Below are positions 36,946 through 48,653 of a DNA stretch of 64,000 nucleotides, piece after piece. The DNA comes from Leptogorgia sarmentosa (Eukaryota). The stretch is from contig OZ210885.1 in the NCBI GenBank assembly GCA_964658305.1, positions 24,180,001 to 24,244,000 on the forward strand, in the 5' to 3' direction. The stretch's first letter is position 1. Every line of letters starts with the position of its first letter. The translations under genes were made by a program, and so were the position numbers. The notes beneath the pieces were generated by a model. The model ran no database searches and was not told the DNA's origin. It was given only the letters and a program-made list of their open reading frames with translations.

Positions 36946-37367
36946 TATCACAATCTACAAATCGTAACACAAGTGATAATTGCTCTTTGTGGATGCCTCA
37001 TCTGCATAATAGAAAAAAATTTACTTTCTTTAACATTGTGAATAATGAGGTAACCATCTATAATAACATCAATTGACTGGGCAGCACCTGATATTTGAGA
37101 AACTAAAGACGTTAAAATAGGAATTGTGTAGGAATGCAACCCCATTTCTGACGTTTCAATGTGGAAGCAGCATCATTCCAATAGCAAAGGGGTTCAGAAA
37201 AAAGTCTAGATATTCTTCCAGCTTGGTCAGGAAAGCGATCACCAAATAGTACACATGATAAAGAGTATGCACCATCTTTGGAGGGTGAGTAACAAAGCCA
37301 GGGATACATATTCAACCACTTATACCAGAAAGATCTACTATTGCGTTTAGGAAAGCAATATTCTTTA

Positions 37368-40300
37368 TAGGCCGTCGTCTATTCGCGAAAAAGGCTCTAG
37401 AAATTGAGTTTCGTTGCACACCTCTCTAAACTAAAAAAAAACTACGTTCTCCTATAGAATAAAATACGCTGAATTCAAATCTGAAAAGTTCCCACGGTTT
37501 ACTGCTGCAGTTTTTTTGTAATTCGCGATTAAAATTGGCAAATTTACGGAATTTCGCAATACCATTTTTTTAAAACACATCATTCACAAGTCGCAATCGG
37601 AGGACAATCTCCTCCGAACACATAAGAAAATTACACTTCCGGCACATTTTGAGATATGGGGCGGTCTTGCATGTAAACAATGGACCATTCATGCATGCAT
37701 AAATGCAAATATGGAGGAAGATGTAGCCTCATGTATTATTCATTTTGATGATGTTTCAAATGGAATCTTGCGACAGTTTACAGCTGTATCACTTTCAAAA
37801 TTTATACATTGCCGGAATGAATGGTTGTCGTTGACTGGCGCTCAAAATGAGGTAGCAGTAAATTCTTTAGAATACTTTACAGACCTCGACGAAGAAGCGT
37901 TTTCAAGCGGGGTAACAATTCCGCAACGTGGCTTGCAATATCACGTCCAGTGTTATAGAAAATTTACTGACAAGACCAAAATTGAACGAGCACAACGTTC
38001 GACTAAATCTTGTGAAAGCAAAATCAGTGAACCCGCAGCAAAAAGAAACAAAGAAGCCGCAGAAGGATATCAACAAACACGAAGTAGACTTCCACGAACA
38101 GCTCAATCTGGATCTAAATCAACTCGCGTCTTACCGAGAATATGTTTAATTTGCAAAAAGGAAGAAATAACTTACACTTGCCCGGTGAGTCAAAATAAAT
38201 TATAGCTGTTGTTAATTGTAAAAAACCCTTGATTTTCATAATTGCTCAAACTGGTTCTTAATTTTGCACAAAATGATTTTAGAAACGTTAGCTAGTGTTT
38301 TATTATTTACTTCGTATATTATTTAAAACTTTCGCAGAAAACCAAGAAAAGAACAATTCAAAGATTGACTCAGAGCCAGACCTATGATGCGGGCAAATTA
38401 CGATTAGCTGCTGAAAGGAAAAGAGACGAGTCCATTTTAATTCACATAAGGGACAGAGACTGTGTGGCAATTGAAGCATGCTATCACAAGAAATGCTATA
38501 CTGGCTATACAAATTTTTTGAACTTTGATTCAAACGAGGAGAAAGCAGGAAAGCTTTATGAAAAATCATATGAGTACTTCTGTGAAGAGGTTATCAAGAA
38601 AAAACTTATAATAAACAAGGAAATCATGTTCATGAGTGTCTTATTCAAAGCCTTTGTCAAAGTTGTTGCTGATAAAGAAGGGTTAGATGCCTCAAACTAT
38701 AGAGCACACCGTTTAAAGGCAAGACTAAAGCAAACATACCCAGAGTTAACTTTTCACATGCCTGGAAAAAAGAATACCAGTGAGCTAGTTTTTAGTGAAG
38801 ATCTGACCAAGGGTGATATTGCAGAAGTAAACATGGACATGTATGATGATTCAAGTCAGGATAGTCAAGAAAGCCAGGAAGAGATTACAACTGATATCCC
38901 AACCACATCCAGAAAGAGCACAGATGAAGAACAACTTAGGACACTTTTTCATGCTGCAATAATGCTTCAAAGTCAAATAAAAGATTGTACCAATTTCTAT
39001 CAATGTTGGCCACCATCACCATCTGAGTTCACCACACAGAATGCTGCAAAAATGGTCCCTTCTTTGTTAGCACTTTTCCTTTCATGGTTGCTTGGGTTTT
39101 CATCTACTCCAAGTATGGATGAACATTTAAAACTCAGTGAGAAAGATTATTTGAAAGTGATTTCCATTGCACAAGATATCATATATGTCAGCTCGAGTGG
39201 TCGAAAGCATACTCCGAAATCCCTTTCTCTTGGTATGGCAGTCCGACAAATTACGGGATCCTATCAGCTTACAAAGATTCTCAATGGATTTGGGCATTCA
39301 GTGTCACATCCAACAATCCGGTCATTAGATACAGCACTAGCTTCCCAAGCCCTAAGTGACACAGTTGTCATACCAGAAGGTATTATCCCAAACAAATTCA
39401 CTATGATGGTATGGGATAATATAGATTTTCTCGAGGAAACCCCAAGTGGTGCTGGAACAACACACATGGCTAATGGCATTATCATCCAGCAGACACACAA
39501 CAATGAAGAACAATCCATTTCTAGACCCAGAACTCAATTTAGTAAGAAGTCTGTGCGGTCTTTAAAGGCTCCCGAGGAACAATTGCAAACCTTCATTCTG
39601 GGCAAGAGAGAATCACCAAGGTTGTTGCAATTTTTAAATGATGAAATCAACACTAGTTTGGTAGCCCATAGACCATTACTAGACCGAAGTTTGATGTTGG
39701 ACTTCATGTATGTCCTTTGCAAATTCTTCTGTGATGAGCTATCTCAGTTACTTCCAGGGTGGACAGGATTTAACACACAAATAACTGAAAAGCCTGTGAG
39801 CATATCAAAAGTTGGTTATCTTCCTGTTGTGGATGCACCAGTAACTGACTTTGCAACTATCTATGCAATATTGAGAAGAAGTTTAGACATTGCCAATAAG
39901 TTACAACTTCAGTATGCTGTGTTGATTTTTGACGAGGCTGTGTATGCAAAGGCACAGCAAGTACGATGGAAATACGAGGAGTTTGGGTCAAAGTTCATCG
40001 TCCGGATGGGGGAATTCCATGCATGCATGTCGTATGCCACAGCAATTGCATGTCGGTTTCGTGAAGCAGGCTTGCAGGTTAGTGTCAAGCTATTTAGTGG
40101 GCCATCATGTCTTTTGAAAATGTGTAATGTTTTCCACCTATAATTACATGCGAGATAAAGCAGACAGACAACCTTTGACGTCTTTCCTAAATATGTCAAA
40201 GTCTGTTTTATCTATTATGTAGTAAGGTATGTAAAACTTTTCCACAACTAACTTTACCCTGGCTATGATTATTACACTTTAAAAGACCTTGTGGGCTCCT

Positions 40301-43300
40301 GATTGATGTGATTTAGTTGGCACTGAAATTAAAGATTTTGAGAAACTCGTTGACTTTTTCGTTGACAATGTTCAGTAGGATTGAAATTAAACTGAAATGT
40401 GTTACTTTTTCATTCTATTTAAGGATATCTTTGTCGAGTCAGATATTGTTGCACAAGGGTCTCTAAATGGTGTTTTTAGTGGCAAGCACTATAACCGTTG
40501 CATACGTGCACACAAGTTGGTATTTGAAGCCCTGGAAAGACTTCGTTTCGAAGCATTTTTCAACAGTCAAACACCACAGCAGAAGGGAGAAATCATTGGC
40601 TTAGTGAAAGAAATCAATGACAACTTGGATAAAGAACATGTGGATAGTTATGTAGAAAATCCCACACTATATGAAATTGAAGAAAGATAAGTTTAAAATT
40701 ATTGTTACTACTATGTAGACTGTATACACATGTATATAGTGTGGGACGGATAATTTGTATTCAAAGGATTTGAAAACAACTTAAGTGTGATAGTCAATGA
40801 CTGTTGTTAAGACAAACTTGCATTAATATGCTATACCTGTACTGCACATGTGAGGTGTGTTCTGTGTAACTCATGATAATTTGTTTTAATTTTATACATT
40901 CCAGCACTTCATTGAAAATGAAAATAAAAGGAGTGCAACTTTTCAGTTTTGGTCATCCTATATCAACATGGTATACCTGCTGTTATCATTTGTCAGAGCA
41001 ACACGGACGACAGACTGGATGCTCCACCTATCAACAGTTAGATCAATGCTGCCTTGGTATTTCGCTTATGACCGAATAAACTATTCCAGATACATGTCTA
41101 CATATTGGCTGGAAATGATTTGTTTGGATGACACTCATCCAGGTAAAATTATGAACATATTATAAGTATCACTTATATTCTCGCATGTGATAGTACCTAT
41201 ATGTGGATAATCAAGGTAGAAAGACATGGAAAACTTAGTTAGATTTTCCATCTAGTATATAGTATTACTGTATATTTTTACTAAAGGGTTGATTATCATT
41301 TTGTAAAATGTGCAAACAAACTGCATGTCTTGATCATGTCTTTTAAATGCACACTGGATGGTGAAAAATAGTTCACACACTCTACCAAAGTTGAAATAAT
41401 GCTTCTCTGATTTTTCCAAGGCGCCTCTGCAGAGTTAAGTTTGAATTGGACTGTTCAACGTCAGCAAAATTATGGATTTTCTTCAATTGCCTCTGATCAA
41501 GCAATAGAACAGACGTGCAACAGAGACTCCAAAACTAAAGGTGGAATTGTGGGTTTAACACAGAACAGAGCTGCTATAAACAGGTGGATACTTGCCCAAG
41601 CTGATAGGTCTGCTATAACAAGGAAGTGTGAGCTAATGGCAGGAGTTGCAGAGGAACAAAGGTAATTGTTCAGACATTATACCATAAAAGTAATACCCAG
41701 AAGAAACCCTAAAGACTGTAAATGAGCATGCAAATTGTAAGGTGTGAATAACACTATTATCTGTATTTTTTTAAGGATGCGTAAAGATCTTGATAAGACC
41801 CGTTGCAGTAATCATGAAGAATCTATTAAACAAGTTATGGATACAGTGTTGGCTATGTCAAATCCATTTAGTCCAGACAGCCCCACAGAACTGGTCAACA
41901 TTTGTAGTGGAGTGGTAGCAGATGAAGGAACAACAGCTGATGTGAAAAATGCCTACCTAAAAGGAGATCAAAAGCTTGAGCAATTCTTACACAACAGAAT
42001 TTTATGCGAAGAACCAGATATCTTTTCGAATATAGAGACGATGAAACTTAAAACATTCAAATCCATGGCAAAATCAAAAAAAGTCAAAACTTCTTCTGGT
42101 TCTACAGTTACAGTGAAAAATGATGCTCGTTTTTGGGCAAGACTTTTGGTTATAGCAAAAAATCGGAACATTGATCTTGAGAATGTGTTAACATACTCGC
42201 TGAGAGCATACCCACGAGCCTTGGCAACAGATTGTGGTGGTCTTGTTAAAACTGCAAAGTCCAAACTGCTTCATATTCTGGAACAAGAGGCTGGAGAACC
42301 GTTGATTGAGCAGATTCCACAAAACAGTACTACAGTTATTGATGGTATGGCCCTACTACAAGCATTGAATTCTAAAGACATCCCAGATACATTTGGGCAA
42401 TTAGCAGAAATTTTATTAAAGAAGATTATTGCTATAGCTGTTTTTAACAAATCTCGACGTGTGGACTTCATTACGGACAGGTATCCTGAAATCAGTACCA
42501 AAAATGTCGAGAGGATGAGCAGGGCAACATCTGGCACAAATGTTTTCTCAATTCTTGGTGAACAACAGAAAGTACCAAAACAGTGGAAAAAGTTTATGCA
42601 TGTGGGAAGTAATAAGGAGAGACTAATTGATTTTCTCGTGGAACAGTGGAGAAAGGTCCCTCCTTCATCTCTGAAATCAGTTGAACTGTTTGTCACTAAT
42701 AAGGACAAATGCTTCAAAATATGTTCAGTCAGTGATGTAGCTGTTGTTATTGTTGAAGAGTTACAAGAATTGGAATGCGATCATGAAGAAGCTGATACCA
42801 AAATGTTTGTGCATGCTTATCATGCAGCAGAGTCAGTTGACACTGTTGTCATCAAGAGTCCTGACACTGATGTGTTTGTGATTGCCCTTGCCAGTCAACC
42901 ATCCATTAATGCTAAGCTCGTATTTGATACTGGAACTGGAAATAATCAAAGAAGAATAGACATTAGTAAAGTTGCTGCCTGTTTGGGTCCTCTGTGGTGT
43001 AAAGCAATTGTTGGCTTTCACATTTTCACAGGTAATAATACCTGCATGATAATACTTTTGCAAGTAGTATCCTATATATGTAAGTCTGTTACTAGTATTA
43101 GGTATATACTTTTGTTCTTTTTTCTTGTTCTAGGCTGTGACTCAACCAGCGCTTTTTTTGGAAAAGGCAAAGTGCGTGCATTTAAAGTAGCAAGAAAAAG
43201 TGAGGAATTTGCCGAGGCATTTGCTACTCTTGGAGAGAATCTAAACTTGCCTGAAAATGTTGTTACAATCTTGGAGCAATATGTTTGCTGTCTTTATGGG

Positions 43301-44358
43301 CAAGATAAAGCCAAGTCAATCAATCATGCACGCTATACAATGTTTAAACTAGGTAAATGCACTGAAGAGTCACTCCCACCTAATTTTGACAGCCTTCATC
43401 AACACATCCTTCGAGTTAATTTTGAGTCCTATATCCGCAAGCATGCAACTACTCCAATTTTGGCATCACCCTCACCTGTGGGATATGGTTGGAAACTGGA
43501 AGAAGATCAACTAGAAATTGTATGGGGAACACAAGAACCTGCACCAGAGAGCATCCTTGAATATGTGAACTGTAAATGTAATAAAGGCTGCACAACAAAA
43601 AGATGTTCCTGCTACAAATCTGGCCTAAAATGTACTGAATTGTGTCAGTGCAATAGTTGTGAAAATTGTTACATAGCTGATGAGCTTGGTGAACTTGAAG
43701 CACAGTTTTTGGAGCATGAGTTTGAGGAAGGTGATGTCGATGATGACGACGATGACTATTAGTAAAATATTTTAATTAATAGTGCACTGTGAATTGGTGG
43801 TACATAAATACTTCAGTACGAAAAATTAGGCAGTTTAATGTAAAAGAATTTTATTGACTTACCTTTTCATACATTGATATTTATCATATTTCCACATAGG
43901 TTCCAAAATAATATGCAAATCGCATATACTTTAAATAATATCACACAATAGAGGTCCGTTGACCGTTGTGCAAATATCTTTTATCTTATGAATTATCTTA
44001 TATCTTGAACACAAAATATAAGGCTAGGATTTATATACTTCAGTGTGTTTACTTTTTTATAATTTACCATATCTCAAAATGTGCCGGAAGTGTGATTTTC
44101 TTAACCAATGTTTAGCGTTCGGAGGAGATTGCCCTCCGATTGCGACTTGTGAATGATGTGTTTTAAAAAATGGTATTGCGAAATTCCGTAAATTTACCAA
44201 TTTTAATCGCGAATTACAAAAAAACTGCAGCAGTAAACCGTGGGAACTTTTCAGATTTGAATTCAGCGTATTTTATTCTATAGGAAAACGTAGTTTTTTT
44301 TTAGTTTAGAGAGGTGTGCAACGAAACTAAAACTTTTTGGCCATTAGACGACGGCCTA
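37368..44358 (+). mobile_element. AcademX DNA transposon, apparently complete
   Basis: ~290-bp TIRs (37368-37659, 44067-44358) with TAG...CTA termini. The 3-bp TTA TSD (37365-37367, 44359-44361) restores host frame PTKEYCFPK. Confidence 0.92.
37711..43762 (+). CDS. AcademX protein (~1615 aa): DDE transposase + XPG/FEN-like nuclease + Cys-rich (CXC) tail
   Basis: Predicted exons 37711-38184, 38338-40077, 40424-40686, 40898-41142, 41421-41661, 41776-43031 and 43134-43762 (4848 nt, phases compatible). Motifs WDNIDF, FDEAVYAKA, MGEFH, DQAIEQT, HEEADT, GCDSTSAFFGKGK and CKC..GC...RCSC...LKCTELC.C..CEN. Confidence 0.85.
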
Positions 44359-44653
44359 TTAGTGGGTTATACGTTTTTAACTACATTGTGATTCTGTTTG
44401 TGAGGTGGAATCAGGCGGTTAGAAAGTAATTTATATCGCAGCTCACCACAATCAGGATAGTAGGTGGAAATATTCATGCCTAAAATACATAAAAGACTCA
44501 AAATACATAGAAATGATGACCACTTGTGACTACTACAATTCAAAATGGCCTCCTTCCTCACCAAGTCAAATTACTATCCAAGCAATCTTTTGACACACAC
44601 AAAGGTAAAAGATTGTTTAGGCAAAAGTACTTACCATGCTCATTCATTTAGAC

Positions 44654-46944
44654 CAGGGTTTATTTTAACGTGCAGTTCTACACAAATTGTGCAGTTCTAA
44701 ATTAATTTGTGCAACTGTAAAAAGAAATTTGTGCAGTTAAAAAATTTTGTGCGATTTTTTCTTGAAAACAAACATAAATAATCAGAAGTGACAGAATCTA
44801 AATTTCTTCAGCAGCAAAGAGAGGTTAGAAAAGTATTTTTCTCATAACAAGCTAACAATAAGTGTTCACAAATTTCTTCACTTTGCAAGGCACTTAATTC
44901 ACTCGCTGCCGGTATCTACTGTTGATGTATTAAAACTGCGCACTCGCCCTTGGATTTCGAAGCTTCCAAAAATATTCCCTTGAAATATTGTTGATGCTTT
45001 CCTTTTGGACAACCTTGGATGCGATGTTGTCTTCTTTTCATCCAATACATCACGGCTGGTTTTGGATTCCACTGATCTATTGGCGGCATGTTGTAGTGCA
45101 CATACAAATTCAGATTCTCCATTTCAAGGAGAATGAATGAACCAGGAGACTTGAGCGCCACACTGCAGCTTATCAGGCGCTCTCTACATCTGCGCTATGT
45201 GGCTTGGTTGCAAGGATCCTTGCAAATGCAATCTTGAGATTGGAAAATTCGTTGGATTTGACAAACCTGCGGAAACGTTCTCTAAGCACCAGCTTTCTGA
45301 AATCCTCTATATCTTCATCGAACTCCATATCAAGTTCCATTAAATCTAGATCTTTGAAAAAGTGCTTGTGAAGTGCCTGCAAGTCAAGAAATGTCTTTAA
45401 TAAACAAATGTCTTCTTCCTGGTCCAAAAACCTTTGAGTAAAAAACTCTGCCAGAGACTCGATGATTTAATTCTTGATTGCATCAGTGTCCCTTGTGTCA
45501 GTTACATAAAGATGGTGAATTTCTTGACGCCTTGCATTGTGACTTCTTAGTTCAACTCCTTTTAAAAACGTAGTCCCATCTTCCTCTGAAAGTTGCTCAA
45601 GAAAAAAAGCCTAATATCTTTGCATTTGAAGTATGTCTGTCCATGTGGATTAGTGTTGCTGAGTCAGATTGTAAGTGTTGTTGGTATCGTGAAAATACAG
45701 TAAGCAAATCTGCAATGAAGGCCATCAAGTCAAGATTGGATTTCTTGGTTAGAATGGATAAGTAACCTGCAGCTTCTTTCTCTTTACTTTTCTTGAAATA
45801 GGCAACAAGCGCACGCCAAGATCTCAAAACCACTTCTAGAAATGATGTGAATTCTGTCCAATGTACTTCAAAGACACGAGGTAACGCTAACACACAGCAG
45901 CCTTCAGCTTTCGCAGCGTCAGTGAGTTCATGTGTCCGGACGCCAGATGCATGGAAAAATGTGGATATGCTTGAAAGCTGCTGAATTAAATTATTTACTT
46001 CCATGATTGAACTGGTGACAGATTTCCATGCCAGCTGCGAGCAGTGCACCAAATTCTGATCATCTGCGTCGATCCTTCATCACCGAAATCACGATCAATC
46101 ATTCATCACCGAAATCACGATCAATCAAAGACCATTTTTAAACAACAAGGTAACAAACAAGGAAGCATGTTGAAACACTTTCTTGCTTTGAGCCAATAAA
46201 GCTTCTTCATCTTCGAGCACGTCTGCTTCGGTATTTTTGTCAAGTGTGGCTGAGCATGCTGCAAGTATAGCCTTGTGAACACCAATCGCTCCTCTATCCT
46301 TTGGCTCTGCAACACCAAGAAAGACGTTGGCTTTCTTCTCCATCTTGAGATATGGTCTTAGCCATTAAATAAATCTTATCTATCTGCATCCTATCAACAG
46401 ATCCATCGCATCTTAAAGATATAGCCATTGAGTTTGACAACTTTGAAGCAAGTGAATTTTGATCAGATTTCACAATGCATTCTAGGAATTCTCTGTGCGC
46501 AGTTGGTGAAAGGTACTGCAGGTCATGAGGGATATTGTTAACACTCCAATCATCAAACGAAAAGGCACTTGCCATTCGGCTTACAACCACACGTGATGGA
46601 AATGAATTAGCAGACAAGGTCAGCCTTCTAGCACCATGGTAAACATGGAAAATGAGACTTCCAACTTTCGCAGCCAACTGAGCATCTGCATTCGATAATG
46701 CTCTTCCAATTGGTGTCAGTGTTGTCAATTGATACCTTTCAGGGCCTTTCAATGACAATAATCTCCTTGCCTTTTCGCGATGAATTTCGCTGTTTAGATG
46801 GTCAGAAACAACGCTTTTACGATATATACTTTCTGTTTCTTGTGCAATAGCTGGAACTTTTGCCATCCTGCTGAAAATCTTTACTGCATTGGAATTCAAA
46901 AAGCATGTCTCACAACGCACATAGTGTCGTCCACTCTTGTGCAA
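44654..46944 (-). mobile_element. Degenerate hAT element (ZNF862/KIAA1586-like transposase)
   Basis: LRCDGSVDR, VHCSQLAW, LPRVFEVHW and KPHSADVE across broken ORFs. Probable end cagggtttattttaacgtgcag at 44654 with tgtgca subterminal repeats; the partner end is not found. Confidence 0.75.
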
Positions 46945-47085
46945 GTGTTATAGATTAGCCGCTTTTTTGTCTTTTTCAGATACCTCTGCAGTTCTGCTTG
47001 TATGCTCTATTTTATATTTTATTTATATTTATTTTTTGTTAGCATGCAGGTTTATCCCGTTATATCCATGTAGATTTCACATGTA

Positions 47086-47299
47086 CAGTACTGTGCAAAA
47101 GTTATAGGCACCTTGTGAAAAAGAATTTGACGCCATCTTATTGTAAACTTATAATCGTATAAGTTATAATTGCCATTTAGTCTTTTTTTCTCGTTCACGG
47201 TCTATAATAACTTATAATTAACTTATAATCGTATAAGTTTACAATAAGATGCCGTCAAATGCTTTTTCACGAGGTGCCTATAACTTTTGCACAGTACTG
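47086..47299. mobile_element. Tc1-type MITE
   Basis: TIRs cagtactgtgcaaaagttataggcacct extending ~80 bp, with TA TSD. Confidence 0.9.
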
Positions 47300-47589
47300 T
47301 AGATCCTATTAAATTCTGTCATATCCCTTTGTGTCGATGTGTCCTACTATTAATCGCAAACAATATGGCAGCAAGAATTGAAATACCAAATATTAATGTA
47401 AAGAGCAAAATTTGGGTAATATACTATTAAATCATGTGTAAGGATGGGACTTCAAAACAAGAAAAACGTTTGCCACATGATTGAATAAAGTACATATCAA
47501 CTATTTTGTTATTTGACTATTATTAAACTGAATATGAATCTCCAGTTTACTGTATACCTAGTAAAATGAATGTCTAGCTAAATACCTTA

Positions 47590-48000
47590 CACAGGAAAAA
47601 ACCCTTAAATCCTATAATTGGTTAAATGTTGGTATCTTCTTGGTAAATAGCTTAGTTCCCAAGAATATTCCAAGATTGGTAAAATCGAGCATTACCAATT
47701 TCACACTTTCTTGGGAATTTGATATTACCAAAGTTTTCCCAGTTGTTGGTATATATTTTTCCCAAAAAAAATACCAACTACTCGGTAAAATTGATGAAAC
47801 AATAAACATGAGAAATATTGGTATTTTATTGGTAATTAATTTTTATAATTGCCAAAGAAATACCAAACATGGTAAATTATTTTTACCAAAATTGACATTT
47901 GTTTGGGAATTCAAATTGTAATACCAATAAAATACCACTAATTTCCCAGTTTCATTTTTTCAAGGAAAATTATTTACCAATTTGCAAAGTTTGGTAAATC
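47590..48000. repeat. Cluster of short ttggt/accaa motifs in both orientations after a CACAG start; possible left end of an EnSpm-like element
   Basis: Many copies of ttggt(a) or (t)accaa in ~400 bp, starting TA|CACAGG. The matching end is not in the window. Confidence 0.4.
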
Positions 48001-48215
48001 ACAGTCCTAACTAATTAAAATCAAATATCAATAAATAAGAATTTTAATGATTAATACTTTGCCATTCAAACAATCTCAACTGTCACATATGTACCAGGGT
48101 GGAAAGTTCGTAAATTCTGCGCCGAAGTTTTGCGCCAGGCCTCTGAACATGTGCCATAGACCGCAATTGCGCAACAAACTTGTCATCGCGCTGCGCCACG
48201 TACACGCCAGATTTA

Positions 48216-48408
48216 CAGGGTATACCAAAAAAGTCCCCTCTATTGAAATCAGATGTTTTGTGTTGAAAGTGCGTTGTGACACCTTTGAATCGTAATATAA
48301 TTATTCCACCATTCATGTACAAGTCAATTCAATTCCCAAAGGTGTCACAACACATGTTAAAAATAAAACGTCTGATTTCAATAGAGGACTTTTTCTTGGG
48401 ACACCCTG
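48216..48408. mobile_element. Tc1/mariner-type MITE
   Basis: TIRs cagggt...aaaaagtcc(c)ctctattgaaatcaga with TA TSD. Confidence 0.85.
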
Positions 48409-48653
48409 TATTAAATTTAACCATGCCAAACAAAATAAAAATTTATTGTGGTCAACCGTATACTACGATTATTACTAGCTAAAGTTTTAAATAACAGTGA
48501 CGTACAGGAGACGTACCGGCGTTTGTTCATAACTTTACACACGGTCATAAATGTCAACTACAACAAATCACCGAAGGACGAAGATAAATGTCAAACTGTC
48601 AACCATTAGCTACTAATTATTAGTAACACTATAATTAGAATATATGGTAACTA

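Larger units (their letters stand above)
34486..44600 (-). mobile_element. Degenerate hAT element (THAP12/PRKRIR- or ZMYM1-like transposase) hosting three insertions
   Basis: EYCFPK...WLNMYPWLCYSPSKDGAY, CRGQGYD...YTHCYS, LADVCRTR, TLPVTQPLQGKTID and GRQTTRANVP. hAT-like end caggggcggatctag at 34486. The other end is not identified. Confidence 0.75.

Noticed and set aside
43032..43133. Hydrophobic, transmembrane-like stretch within ORF 41744-43762
   Set aside because: It is a 102-nt in-frame GT-AG intron; removing it restores the conserved FTGCD motif.
37368..44358. Alternative reading with GGCC termini and TA TSD
   Set aside because: It leaves 5 extra bases and breaks the host frame. TAG...CTA ends with a TTA TSD restore the frame and fit Academ.
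46076..46126. Short local tandem duplications (here ~25 bp; also near 21330-21390, 35703-35738 and 4652-4691)
   Set aside because: They are ordinary slippage or repair duplications in decayed elements.
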